DNA of 64,000 nucleotides from Octopus sinensis (Eukaryota), in contig NC_042998.1 of assembly GCF_006345805.1 (NCBI RefSeq), forward strand, positions 99,696,001 through 99,760,000. The letters run 5' to 3'. This document shows positions 37,115-50,899 of this stretch, piece after piece. The position numbers and the translations under genes were made by a program. A model generated the notes under the pieces. It saw only the letters and a list, made by a program, of their open reading frames with translations. It made no database searches and was not told the origin of the DNA. Within the stretch, counting starts at the first letter, position 1. Each line of letters opens with the position of its first letter.

Positions 37115-37200
37115 AATCCAAACAGGAAACAAAAAAACAACAACAATGGAACAATTACAGTATTATTATTAATAGGCGCTCAGGAAATGGAAGCAGGGAG

Positions 37201-37236
37201 GTATGACGTTTCGAGCGGAGCTCTTCGTCGGAAACA
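37201..37236 (-). ncRNA. Minimal hammerhead ribozyme-like motif (variant core)
   Basis: CCGACGA-A-GAGC-tcc-GCTC-GAAA-CG-TC; U4>C core variant, weak stem I. Confidence 0.5.
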
Positions 37237-40200
37237 TAAAGAAGGAAGAGAGAGGAAAGAAAGATCCCAGAGCGGGCAACAGGGAAAGAGAAAAAAAAAA
37301 AAAAAAAGACGACTGGTGTTTACGAGTTGCACATGGTGAAAGGCGGATGTTTACGATAACAAGAGCAAAGTGGGTTTTTAAAGGCAAAAGAGTGGAGACA
37401 AGGTTGGTAACGCAACAGATGTGTGTGTATGTGTGAGTGTGTGCGTGTGCGTGTGTGTATGTGTGTGTGTGAGGCGAGATGAAAAAACAAAAAAATATAT
37501 GTGTGTGGTAGTGTGTGCGTCTGTGTGTAGGCGTGTGAGGTAGGGCGAGACTAGTGGTCAGCTTAGCAGACAAGGTCAGTAGTAAGAAAAAGAAGGAAGG
37601 AGGAAGGGAGGGAGGGAGGGGAAGGGGTGGGGGCGTATGTAGCGTGCCAGCGTGTGTTGAGTAGTAGTGTGTGTGTGTGTCCAGTGTCGTGGTGGTATTA
37701 ATGGCGAGTAGATTGAATGTGTGTAAGAGTAATGTATATATTTAAGCAATGTGTGTATATGTGTGCGCGTGTGTGTAACGAAAAAGGGGGGGTTAAGGAA
37801 AAAGGACTCCAGCTGAGGGGAAGATGGAAGAGTGGTCCCGCGGAGACGGGCGTGGGAAAACCCAACGACACGCGACGGTCCCAGGAACGGGCGGGAGGTC
37901 TCGTCGGGTCCAAGAGCGAGGTGCATGCGGCGCGTATGCGTGCGCGAACCGGCGCAAGCGCGTGTGTGCGCGCGCCTGCGAGTATGCGCGTAAGTATGTA
38001 TGTGTGTGGATGTGTGAGTGTGTCTGTGTGTATGTCTGGGTGGCAGTGTGTCCGATGAATGTATGTGAGTATGTGTGTATGTATGTGTGTGCATAGATGT
38101 ATGTCCGTGTGTGTGTGTGTGTGTATGTGTGTGAGTGTGTATGTATGTACGTGTGGGTGGGGAAGTGTGTGTATGTGCATGTGTGTGCGCGTACATACAG
38201 GTGTGTGAGTGAGTGTGTGTGTGTATGTATGTGTGAGTGTGTATGTATGTGTGTGTAGGATGCATGTATGTGTATGGGTGTATGTATGCGTGTGTGTATG
38301 TATGTATGTGTACGTGCGTGTGTGTGTGTGTATGCGTGTAGGTGTGCGCGTGTGCATGCATGCATGCATGTGCGTATGTGTTGTGTGTGTGCATGTGTGT
38401 GGGTATATATGTATGTGCGTATATGTGTGTGTATGTGCGTACATGTGTGTATGTGTGTATGCATGTGTGTGTATGTAGGTGTGTAGCGTGTGTGTATAGG
38501 TGTATGTATGTAAGTATGTATGGGTGTGTCCGTGTATGTGTGTGTGTATGTATGTGTGTGTATGTAGGTGTGTGCGGCGTGTGTATATGTGTGTGTATGT
38601 AGGTGTGTGGGCGTGTGTATAGGTGTATGTGTGTATGTCTGGGTGTGTCCGTGCATGTTTGTGTGTGTGTGTGTATGCATGTGTATGTAGGTGTGTGTGT
38701 ACGTGTGTAATGTATGTGTGTATGCGTGCGCGTGTGTGTATGTAGGTGCGTGTGTATGTGTGTGGGAGTGTAGGTGTGGTGTGTGCGTGTGCGTGTTTAT
38801 GTTGGTGTGTGCGTATGTGAGTGTGAGTGTATGGGTGTTTGTCATGCATGTGTGTGCGCGTGCAGGTGAGTGTGTGTGTAAGTATGTGTGTGTGTATGTT
38901 TGTGTGAGTGTGTATGTGTGTATGTCTGTGTGTATGTATGTGCGTATAGGAGTATGTGGGTATGTGTGTGTGTATGTATATGGGTGTATGTATGTATGTG
39001 TGTGTGTGTGCATGTGTATAAGTATATGTGTGTGTGCGTATGTGTGTATATGTGTATGTGTGTGTGTTTATGTATGTGTGTATGTATGTGTGTAGGCGTG
39101 TGTGTGTAGATGTATGTATGTATGGGTGTGTGTCCGTGTGTGTTTGTGTGTGTGTGTAGGTAGATGTGTGTGTCTGAGTGAGGGTATGGCTGTGTAGGTG
39201 TGTGTGTGTGTGTGTATGTGTACGTGTGCGTGTGTATGTGTGTGTGTGTATGCGTGTGAGTGTGAGTGTATGGGTGTATGTCTGTGTGTGTGTATGTCTG
39301 AAGTAGGTATGTATGTGTATGTATGTATGTGTGTGTGTGTGCAGGTATGTGTGTGTGTGTATGTGTGTGTGTGAGTAGGTGTGCGTGTATGTATGTGGGT
39401 AGGGATGCATGCGAGTGTGTGGGTATGTATGCATACATACGCACGCGCACATCCGAAGCAAGCCCACACACACGAAGCGCGCTCACGCACACAACGCACA
39501 AGCAGTACAACGCAAGCCCAAGGGGCCGACCAAGCCCCCAGCGCGCGCCAAGGCGCGCGAGCGCAAAGGCCCTCGAACGCCCCGCTACGCGGGAACCGAG
39601 GATCCATCAGCCAAAACCGGAAAGCAGAAAAGAGGGGGGGCTGCCTGGATGCAAAAAGGTGTATGTGTGTGTGCATTCAGTGTAAGGGTGTGCATGTGTG
39701 GGTATGTATGTATGTATGTGCCTACATGTATGTTTGCATGTGTGTGTGTGAAGTATGTACGCGGTGTGTGTGTGTGAGTGAGTGTGTGTGTATGTATGTG
39801 CGTATGTATGTGTGTGTGTATGTGTGTATGTATGTCTGTGTGTGTGTGTGTGTGTGTAAGTATGTATGTGTGTGCGTATGTATGTATGTGTGTGTGTATG
39901 TGCATGTTGGTTTGTATGTTAGTGTGTGCTAGTATGTCTGTAAGTGTGTGTGATTAAATGTGTGAATGTATGTACGTAGATGGGTCTACGTATGTGTGTG
40001 TGTGAACAGGCGTGTGGGAGGTAGGTGGGTGGGTGTGTGTGGGAGGTAGGTGGGTGGGTGTGTGCGTGTGGGAGGTAGGTGTGTGGGTGTGTGTGGGTGG
40101 TGTGTCCACAAAAAAAAAAAAAAAAAAACGGATCTCAAGAGGAGGGGGCTGTGTTAAGTCCGTGTGGGGTGGTAGTTTGTAGGGTGAAGATTCGCCATGA

Positions 40201-40256
40201 TAGATCGCTAGCCACTACACATCCTTTATTTTCTCTCCTTGCATCTTTCTGTGTTC

Positions 40257-40292
40257 CTTTCTGTGGAAGAGCGTAGGCTCGAAACGTTAAAG
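40257..40292 (+). ncRNA. Minimal type I hammerhead ribozyme-like motif (variant core)
   Basis: CTTT-CTGTGGA-A-GAGC-gtag-GCTC-GAAA-CG-TT-AAAG; stems I and II pair, palindromic stem III, A6>T core change. Confidence 0.55.
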
Positions 40293-40634
40293 ACTTTTCA
40301 CTTCCCGAGCGTTAAACTAACACATCTGTTTGTTGTCTACACCACCTGTCTTCGTCGTTATTTTTTTTGTTGTGAATTTTCCCTATATATATATATATAT
40401 ATATATATCATATCTAGTAAATTCACCGTGATCAGTTCAACACAGGGAAAGATCACCGCAAGGAATGTTCACTGATTGCACATTTTGATCTCCATTATTT
40501 TCATTTTCTTTGTTTTTTTTTCAATAAAATAGTTTTAACTATTAATGGTGAGACAGTATGGTTATATTTTCTCTGTAAAATTTCCTTACAGTGAACTTTC
40601 TTGCTGAATTAATGGCGGTAAACTTAACTGTAAT

Positions 40635-40737
<103 letters not shown>

Positions 40738-40743
40738 GTGTAG

Positions 40744-40775
<32 letters not shown>

Positions 40776-40831
40776 TTATATAATATATATATACATCTAT
40801 ATATGTATATATAATATATATATATATATAT

Positions 40832-40862
<31 letters not shown>

Positions 40863-41074
40863 TATATACGCGTGCACACACACACACACACCACACACAC
40901 ACACATACACACACAAACACACACGGACTCTGTCTGTCTGTCTGTCTCTATCTAACATTAATGAAGGTTGTAAAATTTATCAGTTCGTCCAGTCGAGATA
41001 TTTAGATATTGGATGTGGCGCAAAACGACCTGTTTTGTCGGTACTTTGCCTATACGACTATTGTATGTGAGACA

Positions 41075-41560
41075 AAAGGCGAACTGGCAGAAACGTTAGC
41101 ACGCCGGGCGAAATGCGTAGCCGTATTTCGCCTGCCGTTCCGTTCTGAGTTCAAATTCCGCCGAGGTCGACTTTGCCTTTCATCCTTTCGGGGTCGACTA
41201 AATAAGTACCAGTTATGCACCGGGGTCGATATAATCGACTTAATCCGTTTGTCTGTCCTTGTTTGTCCTCTCTGTGTTTAGCCCCTTGTGGGTAGTAAAG
41301 AAATAGGTATTTCGTCTGTCTTTACATTCTGATTTTAAATTCCGCCGAGGTCGACTTTGCCTTTCATCCTTTCGGGATCGATTAAATAAGTAACAGTTAC
41401 GCACTGGGGTCGATGTAATCGACTTAATCTGTTTGTCTGTCTTGTTTGTCCTCTCTGTGTTTAGCCCCTTGTGGGTAGTAAAGAAGTAGGTATTTTGTCA
41501 GTCTTTACGTTCTGAGGTCGACTTCTGAGGTCGGGCCTTGTGTCTAGAGTAGAAAAGAAT
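41075..41560 (+). mobile_element. SINE family B (tRNA head + Meta-SINE-like core), multimeric
   Basis: ggcgaactggcagaaacgttagcacgccgggcg...gagttcaaattccgccgaggtcgactttgcctttcatcctttcggggtcga; body repeated in tandem. Confidence 0.9.
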
Positions 41561-41938
41561 TTATCACGTGTGCTTTTTTTATGGAGTCGCAGGTACAATC
41601 CATCCGATGGGCTTCTATACAGTTTCTGTCATATCTAATTTCACTCAAAGTATGGATTGACTGGAAATTATAAGATACCAAGCAGTAGGATCAAACTCTG
41701 GACCTCCTGGTTTTGAAGCGAACTTCTTAGCCATTTGGCCACACAATGCCTACTAAATTTTCAACATAATACATATATAAAAATGCTATTTCTCGTATAT
41801 GTAAATATATGCTGCAGAATAAAACAAAGAAAGCTTAGGTATGTATGGCAGTATTCCAGAAAATGGAAATTCTATATTTAAAGAAACTTATCGATAAATT
41901 AATAAGTATGAAACATTTATTGACTAGGATATACTCAC

Positions 41939-42029
41939 CTTTCGATAATGATACAGACATCTCTAGCACAGCAAATTAGAAACAGCAATATAAATAAACT
42001 AAGAATAAATATGAATAAACTAAGGGAAT
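41939..42029 (-). other. Candidate 91-nt spliced exon (probably 5'UTR)
   Basis: Acceptor tttttcctttgtag| and consensus donor AAG|GTGAGT in non-repetitive sequence. Confidence 0.4.
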
Positions 42030-42276
42030 CTACAAAGGAAAAATCGTTCTATCAAAACCGTGTGATTACTTCCTCAACCTGTCACAATAAACATACAATC
42101 CAGAACAAATAATACCCCTCGAACTAAAAAAAGACATAGAAGATTAATAAAAGCATTCCTCATAACACAGCATAATGCAAATACACAAACGATATACACT
42201 AGTCGTAGATAATGTTTGCATCAGACATATTGGTCCTTTCTACAATAAACAGGCAGCGAAACACTACAACTTACTT

Positions 42277-42319
42277 CCATTCTGAAGATGACATAGTGAA
42301 AGTTTAGAAATGTTAATGG
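42277..42319 (+). ncRNA. Decayed minimal hammerhead ribozyme motif
   Basis: CCATT-CTGAAGA-tgac...gttta-GAAA-TG-TT-AATGG; intact core and perfect 5-bp stem I, eroded stem II. Confidence 0.45.
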
Positions 42320-42517
42320 CCGATTTAAGAATTCTAATGTTCCAGATAAACTACATGAAACTCATGGAAAGGAAAAAAGCCTTGGCTAAAGGAGATGAAA
42401 CTAGAACAAACTTGTGGGTGTTTGTATTGATGTGTGCGTGAATGTATATATAGACAACAATATTCTTATATACATATACACAAATAAACAAACATGCGTA
42501 TATGATTCCATCCATCC

Positions 42518-42548
<31 letters not shown>

Positions 42549-42653
42549 ACTATGGATGTATCAGTAAACAGATATATGCGTATATTTATGCATATATGTT
42601 TCTATCTATCTATCTCCCCTCCATACAGACACATTTGAATACATGTTTGAGTG

Positions 42654-42688
<35 letters not shown>

Positions 42689-43373
42689 CACACACACACA
42701 AGCATACATGCATACATACAGTGGGATTACGTATGCGCATGCATGTGTTAACTAAATAACTAAAATAATTTTTTAATCCATACCCGTTTCACGCTATTAA
42801 GTCATGCACGCGCACAAAACCGAATTCGTACTTTACACACACACACAGACACACACACACACACACACACGCACACTTCATAGGATTACGTTATTTCCCG
42901 TCTGTTGCCGTTAAAAACTGATAAACCAGTTATTTATTTAGTTCATATAAAAGTGAAACATATTCAGTAAAATCTGCATTTTCTGCTTAGCTATGCGTAA
43001 TCCGCGGTAACTACCAAAGAGTAATTAATGTTGCTGTGATGTTCATGCTTTATATCAAGTATGTTAGCAAAGAAGTGTGATGTGAAATAGTTGGAATCGA
43101 AAATGTATCGCAGACGACACTGAACAAATAATGGCCCGCGGGACTTTCCGAATGACATGTCCAACCAAAAATTATCTTGCAATTTTGTAGCAAATCAGCC
43201 CACCTGATGATGAGTCATATCTCTCTTGTGCGGCCCGTTTCTCGAGAAAGGTTGCCCATGCTTGCCTGCTCTAAGTAGTCGTCTGAGAAACTGGAAATAG
43301 CTGCTAAATCGTTATCAAATCACCCCTCCCCGCCATCTTTTCAAAGGATGGATGTACTGGCTATATATATATA

Positions 43374-43590
43374 AGGCGGCAAGCTGGCAGAACCGTTAGG
43401 ACGCCGGGCGAAATGCTTATCGGTATTTCGTCTGCCGTTACGTTCTGAGTTCAAATTCCGCCGAGGTCGACTTTGCCTTTCATCCTTTCGGGCTCGATAA
43501 ATTAAGTACCAGCTATGCACTGGGGTCGATGTAATCCGTTTCTCTGTCCTTGTTTGTCCCCTCTATGTTTAGCCCCTCGTGGTTAATAAA
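43374..43590 (+). mobile_element. SINE family B nested in a family C repeat
   Basis: Consensus match flanked by tggctatatatat on both sides. Confidence 0.9.
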
Positions 43591-43884
43591 TAGATATATA
43601 TATAGCCTCGTGGCTATATATATCTCAGATATACTATTCCTGAAAACAAAATGGGATGGTTATGGCTGAAAGCCTTTCATCATAGTTCCGCCATATCAAT
43701 GTTGGCCTGGGTCTACACGACAAAAACATCAATAACGACGATGACGGTAACAGCGATAATGACTAAAAAAACCGGGTGTTAGCCCATTCCTTTTCAGCAG
43801 TATTTTGGTAAAGGTGGTAAAACTGTAACGTTTTAGTTTCTTTGCATAGTTGGTTGCACCAGTCGATATCTACCACTTGCAGTA

Positions 43885-44427
<543 letters not shown>

Positions 44428-44448
44428 TCTGAATATTTCTAAAACTAA

Positions 44449-44630
44449 AGACGGTGAACTGGCAGAATCGTTAGCTTACCGGACAAAATGCTTCTGAATT
44501 CAAATTCTGCCGAGGTTGACTTTCATTCTTTCGAGGTCAATAAAATAAATACCAGTTGAGTACTGAGGTCGATATAATCGATTTGTTCTCCTCTCAAAAT
44601 TTCTGGCCTTGTGTCAAAATAAGAAAGGAT
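44449..44630 (+). mobile_element. Degenerate SINE family B
   Basis: ggtgaactggcagaatcgttagc...ttcaaattctgccgaggttgac. Confidence 0.75.
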
Positions 44631-45572
44631 TATTTTCAAAAAGTGAGAAAAAAAAAAAAGCCCTTCAGCTTTTAATATCACAAGACTTTACTGGTTTTAA
44701 AGAAAAGCCGATAGAGAATTGACGTTGCTGTCAGAAATATGGCAAAGTGGATCCAAAGAGAGTGGTAATGATGAATAATCATATAATCATTGATTGGCCG
44801 AGACACAAAGTTAAATTTTATAGTGAAAGCTTGTATAATGAACAGGATTTATTATATTACTGGTTTTTATATGTCTCAACGACCACAATTCGCAGACAGC
44901 CGGTGGATTGGAGAATCATTTGAAAGTCGTACGAAAACTTGTTTCTGCTCTTTACGTTCTGAGTTCAAATCCTCTCAAAAACCAACTTTCTCTTTCATCC
45001 TTCTGTGGTTGATAAAATAAGGTACCACCCAAGTACTGGGCTAACTTTAATTGAGTGATGAAGGTCTCTCTGATGCCATCATTTCTCAGGCTGACAACTA
45101 CCAACCACCGCACAAAGTGTTAGTGAAATTTTTATTAAGCACTCTTCTCTTTTTATTAACGAGATAACAAAATAGAATTTGCATCCATATAATCATTTCT
45201 TCACCATAGCTCTTGACAAGTTTATAAAGTTGTAAATCATCTCAATCATATTAAACATGACAAGTTGTCCGCCCCGTTTCCAATCCTTATAACCCCGTCC
45301 TTTGAGAGAAATACTGTTCTAAGCTTCGAGAAAGAAGCTGTAACTGGGAATCCTAAATGAACCTTCTTAATATTGCTTGTATCTTAATAGCGGATGAGAT
45401 ATTGCCTTTGAGAAACGTGATAGAACAATGTCATACAAATCCTATATGACTTAATAATGTGGCACATCCATTATCGTAGATGATATAGTTTCTTTACACA
45501 CGCGCGCGCACACACACACACACGAGAGTGAGAGAAAGAATTGTTACTGCTGCTGATTTATGCATAAATGCT

Positions 45573-45573
<1 letters not shown>

Positions 45574-45633
<60 letters not shown>

Positions 45634-45658
45634 ATATCTATCTATCTATCTATCTATC

Positions 45659-45729
<71 letters not shown>
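45574..45729. repeat. (CTAT)n abutting (AGAT)n: palindromic microsatellite
   Basis: Symmetry centre TCTAGA at 45657-45662. Confidence 0.95.
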
Positions 45730-47314
45730 TTAGTTAGATAGATTGATAGATAAATAAATAGATAGATAAACAGGTAAGGATGACTGGCAAGGGTAAAAAC
45801 AGGTGCCCATGCCCCACCCCGCAAAAGTGGGGTAAAGCGGATGAGTATACAATGAGAAAATTCTCATAAGTATGAACCGCCAAAGACCACCCATCGTATA
45901 AACAACGGAAGAGTTTGTTGGAAGATACAGTTTGACGTGGATATATTGCGCGCAGATTTTTTTTTTCTTTGGTGAATTAAGATTTGCCGACCGAATGTCT
46001 GGAATCCGATAGATGAAGTTGTTATTTGTATTTACAAGGCGGTGTCAGCAACTGTTTAGACCTAAGAAATACATGGAAGCTGCTTTGATGGAATATGAAC
46101 TTACATCATATACGATGACAGGTTGTCCTTTTATTCATCTGTTTCCAGAATGATTTCTTGTAGTGGTCATAATGGAGACTGGCAGTGTTGGCTCGATCAT
46201 GATGACATCTGCTTTTGATACTAAGCCGCCTGAAATCGCCCCTGGCTCACTAATACAAATTCCCTGCTTTGAAGTTATCTAGATTAAAACCTGACATCAC
46301 AATTTAATGTTAAATGATGTTCCAAACACCAGTTTAATTATGGCTAAGCTATTTTATTAAATTTTTCATTATATTCAAAATTGATAGAAACAAAGGTTTC
46401 GTATTTTAATATAATTATCTGATGACAAAAAAGAAAAATTGACAATATTTCCATAATGGATAGGAAACATCAAAGCTAACTTAAATTGCAGATTCAGTTA
46501 TTGCTAATGTGATAGTACGAAATAAAAATCAGGTATCTTAGAATCATTGGGACATTAGAAAACTGGAATGCTGTTTATTTTTAAGAAAACTAAATGAAGA
46601 TACGAATGTTTTGAAGAAACTGATGTTAACAGCACATCTTGTCCTACTGACTTATATTTATATATTTACTATGACAGAATGCATTTCTTACTAACATCTC
46701 ATTATCAGTTTATCAGAATCCCGACTACATACAAACAGGCGTTTCTTTCTGTTTGTATGTTCTTTTAGACAAGAGTTACAGCAAAATAAACAAACACACA
46801 CACATGCGCAGAGGAAGAGAGAGAGTGGGGGGGAGTCAGAGAGAAGCACATGCGCATGTCCTTTTTCTCTCTTCGTCTTTTACGCTCGCTCTCTTTCACA
46901 CACATAGCAAAAACACAATAATGTTCTGATTGGATACATTATTATATTTACAGAACCAGTTCTATTTATTTGGTTTAATGAGACATGACGGCGTTCATAA
47001 CACTTGTAGATCTCTCCCTGACTGAAAAGGGATTCGGTACAATTGATCTTCAGTTTGAACTTCTGTAGTTCGATGCCTATAAGGAGGTCATGGACAGAGG
47101 ATAGCTTCATCCATTAAAAAAGAAATGAAAAAGTACCTGTACGTGAGATGAGCACAAATTGCTGCTACAACAAGTATTTTTTCATCACAGTTCCAACTGT
47201 TATATGCACAATTACTTCCTAAACTTTGAGTAGGTTGATAACAAGAGCACTACTAAACCCTCCTCTAATAACACTTTCTGTCTCTCTCTGTCTACTTGTC
47301 TGTCTGTCTTACTT

Positions 47315-47726
47315 CTTTATAGCCCACAAGTGGCTAAACATAGAGGGGACAAACAAGGACAGACAAAGGGATTAAGTCGATTACATCGACCCCAGTGCGT
47401 AACTGGTACTTAATTTATCGACCCCGAAAGGATGAAAGGCAAAGTCGACCTCGGCGGAATTTGAACTCAGAACGTAGCGGCTGACGAAAATACCTATTTC
47501 TTTACTACCCACAAGGGGCTAAACACAGAGAGGACAAACAAGGACAGACAAACGGATTAAGTCGATTATATCGACCCCCAGTGCGTAACTGGTACTTAAT
47601 TTATCGACCCCGAAAGGATGAAAGGCAAAGTCGACCTCGGCGGAATTCGAACTCAGAACGTAACAGCGGACGAAATACCGCCAAGCATTTCGCCCAGCGT
47701 GCTAACGACTCTGCCAGCTTGCCGCC
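47315..47726 (-). mobile_element. SINE family B dimer
   Basis: Two tandem bodies behind a single head. Confidence 0.92.
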
Positions 47727-47740
47727 TGTCTGTCTGACTG

Positions 47741-47772
<32 letters not shown>

Positions 47773-48384
47773 CCCCTCTCTCTCTCTCTTCCTCTCTGTT
47801 TCATCCAGTTCAGAGAAACATACATAAAAATCAGTTGCCTGAATAATCTCAATAACTCCCCTCTACACAGACACGATGTTTAAATTTACACCATCAAAGA
47901 TTAAACTCAAAGAAACTTCAACTCACACACTGAACGAATCTATTTTGCCCGCCACCAGAAACCATAGAGAAAGTGAAAATAACAGAACAGTGAAGAAAAT
48001 TCAATATACGTTCACTGGTTTCATTGCATCTCAGAATGAACTGTGTGCTCCTTTACATGACCGAGGTATGGTAAATCTGGAGAACGGCATCTTATCTGCC
48101 CAACTACTTAAGTAATATATACCTGCTTGATTTATATGGGCCGAAAATAAAGTCGACAGTGAAGACGTTCAACAGTTGTTTCTAATTTAGGCACCAGGCC
48201 TCAGTTTTGAAGGGTAGGGCTAGTCAGTTACATTGACTGGTATTTCATTCTACCGACCCTCACGTAACTTGAATTCAGACATAAAGTGCTGATATAAATA
48301 CTGCAGAACATTGTTCTCGACGCTAACGAGTCTATCAATCCACTCCCAAAGTATTCTATCATCATAACTATGTAATAAGTTAAG

Positions 48385-48566
48385 GGGCTAAGTCAATTAC
48401 ATCTACCCCCAGTGTTCAACTGGTACTTATTTTATCGACCCCGAAAAGATGAGAGGTAAGGTCAACTTTAACCTTGGCGGAATTTGAACTCAGAACGTAA
48501 AAACTGACGAAATGCTACAAAGCATTTCACCTGCCATGGTAACGGTCCTACCAGCTCACCGCCTTA
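48385..48566 (-). mobile_element. SINE family B, older copy
   Basis: Matches the family B consensus. Confidence 0.8.
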
Positions 48567-49007
48567 ATCATAATTATGTAATATTCTTAAGTTTTCTACT
48601 TACACAATGCTCCTGTTGAGTGAATTCAATGTCGGTTCAGTTTTGTTCTTGAAAAAGTCACATTTCTTTATTCTTTTTCACATTTCATATTGGTTCATTC
48701 TTTTTATGATTCTAGTCCTTAGCATTACTGGGAAACCGCCTTTAGGATTTTTCGACTACCAAAGGGGCGACATGCATACACCAACACATACATACGCAAA
48801 CTCATATATGCATTCGTCTCTTACAACATTGAAAATACACACACACACACACACATACACACACACACGACAAGCTTCTGCACAGTTTGCGAGTCAAACT
48901 TGTTTACTGCACACACGTTCTCCATTTTATATATCAAAAACAAAGCAAAAAAAAAAATTTTTTTAAGCCAACAGATCCCAAAAAACAAGAAAATCTTAAA
49001 AATTAAA

Positions 49008-49231
49008 TAGGTGCAGGAGTGGCTGTGTGATAAGTAGCTTGCTTACCAACCACATGGTTCCAGGTTCAATCCCACTGCGTGGCACCTTGGGCAAGTGTCT
49101 TCTACTATAGCCTCGGGCCGACCAAAGCCTTGTGAGTGGATTTGGTAGACGGAAACTGAAAGAAGCTTGTCATATATATATATATGTATATGTATATATA
49201 TCTATATATATATATAATATATATATATATA

Positions 49232-49273
<42 letters not shown>

Positions 49274-49550
49274 TGTGTGTGTGTGTGTATATATGTGTGT
49301 GTGTGTGTGTGTGTGTGCGTGTGTGTGTATATGTTTGCGTGTCTGTGTTTGTCCCCCTAACATCGCTTGACAACCGATGGTGGTGTGTTTACGTCCCCGT
49401 AACTTAGCTGTTCGGTAAAAGAGACCGGTATAATAAGTACTAGGCTTCCAAAGAATAAGTCCTGGGGTCGATTTGCTAGACTAAAGGCGGTGCTCCCACA
49501 TAGGCCGCAGTCAAATGACTGAAACAAGTAAAAGAGTAAAAGAGTAAAGA
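49008..49550 (+). mobile_element. SINE family A
   Basis: Full-length, with tail (gtaaaaga)n. Confidence 0.93.
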
Positions 49551-49889
49551 GAGCAAGAGCTAGTCTCCCTTCTCCTTCTTTACATTTTCGTTTTGATTTG
49601 CGCTCTCAATATTCAATTGTTCAATCTAATTGCAAATAGAGGCCACTAAGAGATTAAAGACATTACTATGATCATTGGTAAACAGCACAATTGATAAAAA
49701 TGTATTGTTATATTGCCACATTGGATTGAAATCAGCATACAAGAGAATAGCTAGGTTTCTTCCCACAAGTGTTATTTAATTTGTAAGTGCTAACCACTTG
49801 CTTAACAATGCTACATAACTGCTACCCACCAAGAGCAGCTAACAACTCAAGGTTAAACTTGGTTTAGACCAACAACTGATGATTTAAAT

Positions 49890-50183
49890 CAGTGGTACTC
49901 AACCATTTTTTTTTTTTTGCCTATGGCCACCTTTGTTTCTTAGTTTACACGTGTGAACCCCCATAGCTGTTTAATGTTTAAAAAATCCTATTATGTTTTT
50001 ATAATTAAATATTAGGAACTGTATAAAAAGATTTAAATATTTTGTGTATTGTAGAAATATGACCAGTTTATTGCACATAAATTTTAACAAAAAAATCTTA
50101 TGTGGATCCCGAAGAATCATGTGGACCCCAAGAATCATGTGGACTCCCAAAATAATCATGTGGATCCTGGTTGAAAACCACTG
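49890..50183. mobile_element. hAT MITE (same family as 26794-27155)
   Basis: TIRs cagtggtactcaacca / tggttgaaaaccactg; imperfect 8-bp TSD atttaaat/atacaaat. Confidence 0.8.
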
Positions 50184-50899
50184 ATACAAATGATCAAGTT
50201 ATCTAGATGAAGATAAACAGATCAACATTATGATATCTCCCAGTTGCTCACTGAGAAATATTGAGAAATGCAAATATATACCAAGGTGTGTACTTCAACA
50301 AATTTGTTTTATGATATGATAAAGGGAAAAAAACTGGGAAATATTTCATTCATGGTATCATTCTCGATTTGTTTTTGTTTATATTGGCACAAGAGCACGA
50401 TGAGGAACTTTTCTTCATTAGACACAAGGACTTGATGAGATAGAGAAAAATACATTCTTGCATTAAGAAGGTATCTTAGGAAAAATGTGTGAAGTGGGAC
50501 GAGGTAGATATTCAAAAATGAGGAGAGGGGTGAGAGACATTATACAATACACAATTGGACAAATTAAAAAGTTATAACACAAAAATGTATACGAAAATAA
50601 ATGTAATAAATACAACGCACAATAATTAGAACAAGATATATAAACTTCCAGTTTCCACTTGTGTTGATCAAAGTAAGCCTTGTCACTCATAACACCTGGG
50701 GTGGGCTTCCTTTTAGAATTGTTAGAAGTTTGAGAGTTCAATTCTTCGATGTGGTGTCCTGGTGTTAAATTGGGCGAGTGAGGCGCCATATCTTATGGAC
50801 TACTGAAATATAATATTTCACAGTCTGTCTGAAATTTGAACAACTATTTTTTTTTTCGTACTGTTTAAAATATGGTCCCATTTCTTCCTTGATCCGTAC

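Larger units (their letters stand above)
37110..40390. mobile_element. Penelope-derived element: inverted pLTR-like ends with minimal hammerheads enclosing ~2.6 kb of degenerate (GT/GTAT)n
   Basis: 37175-37260 (minus) is homologous to 40225-40325 (plus), both reading gaagagc...gctcgaaacgt...ttcc.gagcg; flanked by (TA)n on both sides. Confidence 0.6.

Noticed and set aside
37698-39473. 591-aa His/Thr-rich ORF, the longest in the track
   Set aside because: Stop-free only because it is the CA-rich strand of a degenerate GT array.
46960-47150. Possible pogo/Tigger DDE remnant (MDRG..ASSIKK)
   Set aside because: Needs a frameshift and has few conserved positions.
49008-49085. tRNA gene-like A/B boxes in SINE heads
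   Set aside because: No complete cloverleaf, and each continues into a SINE body; not tRNA genes.
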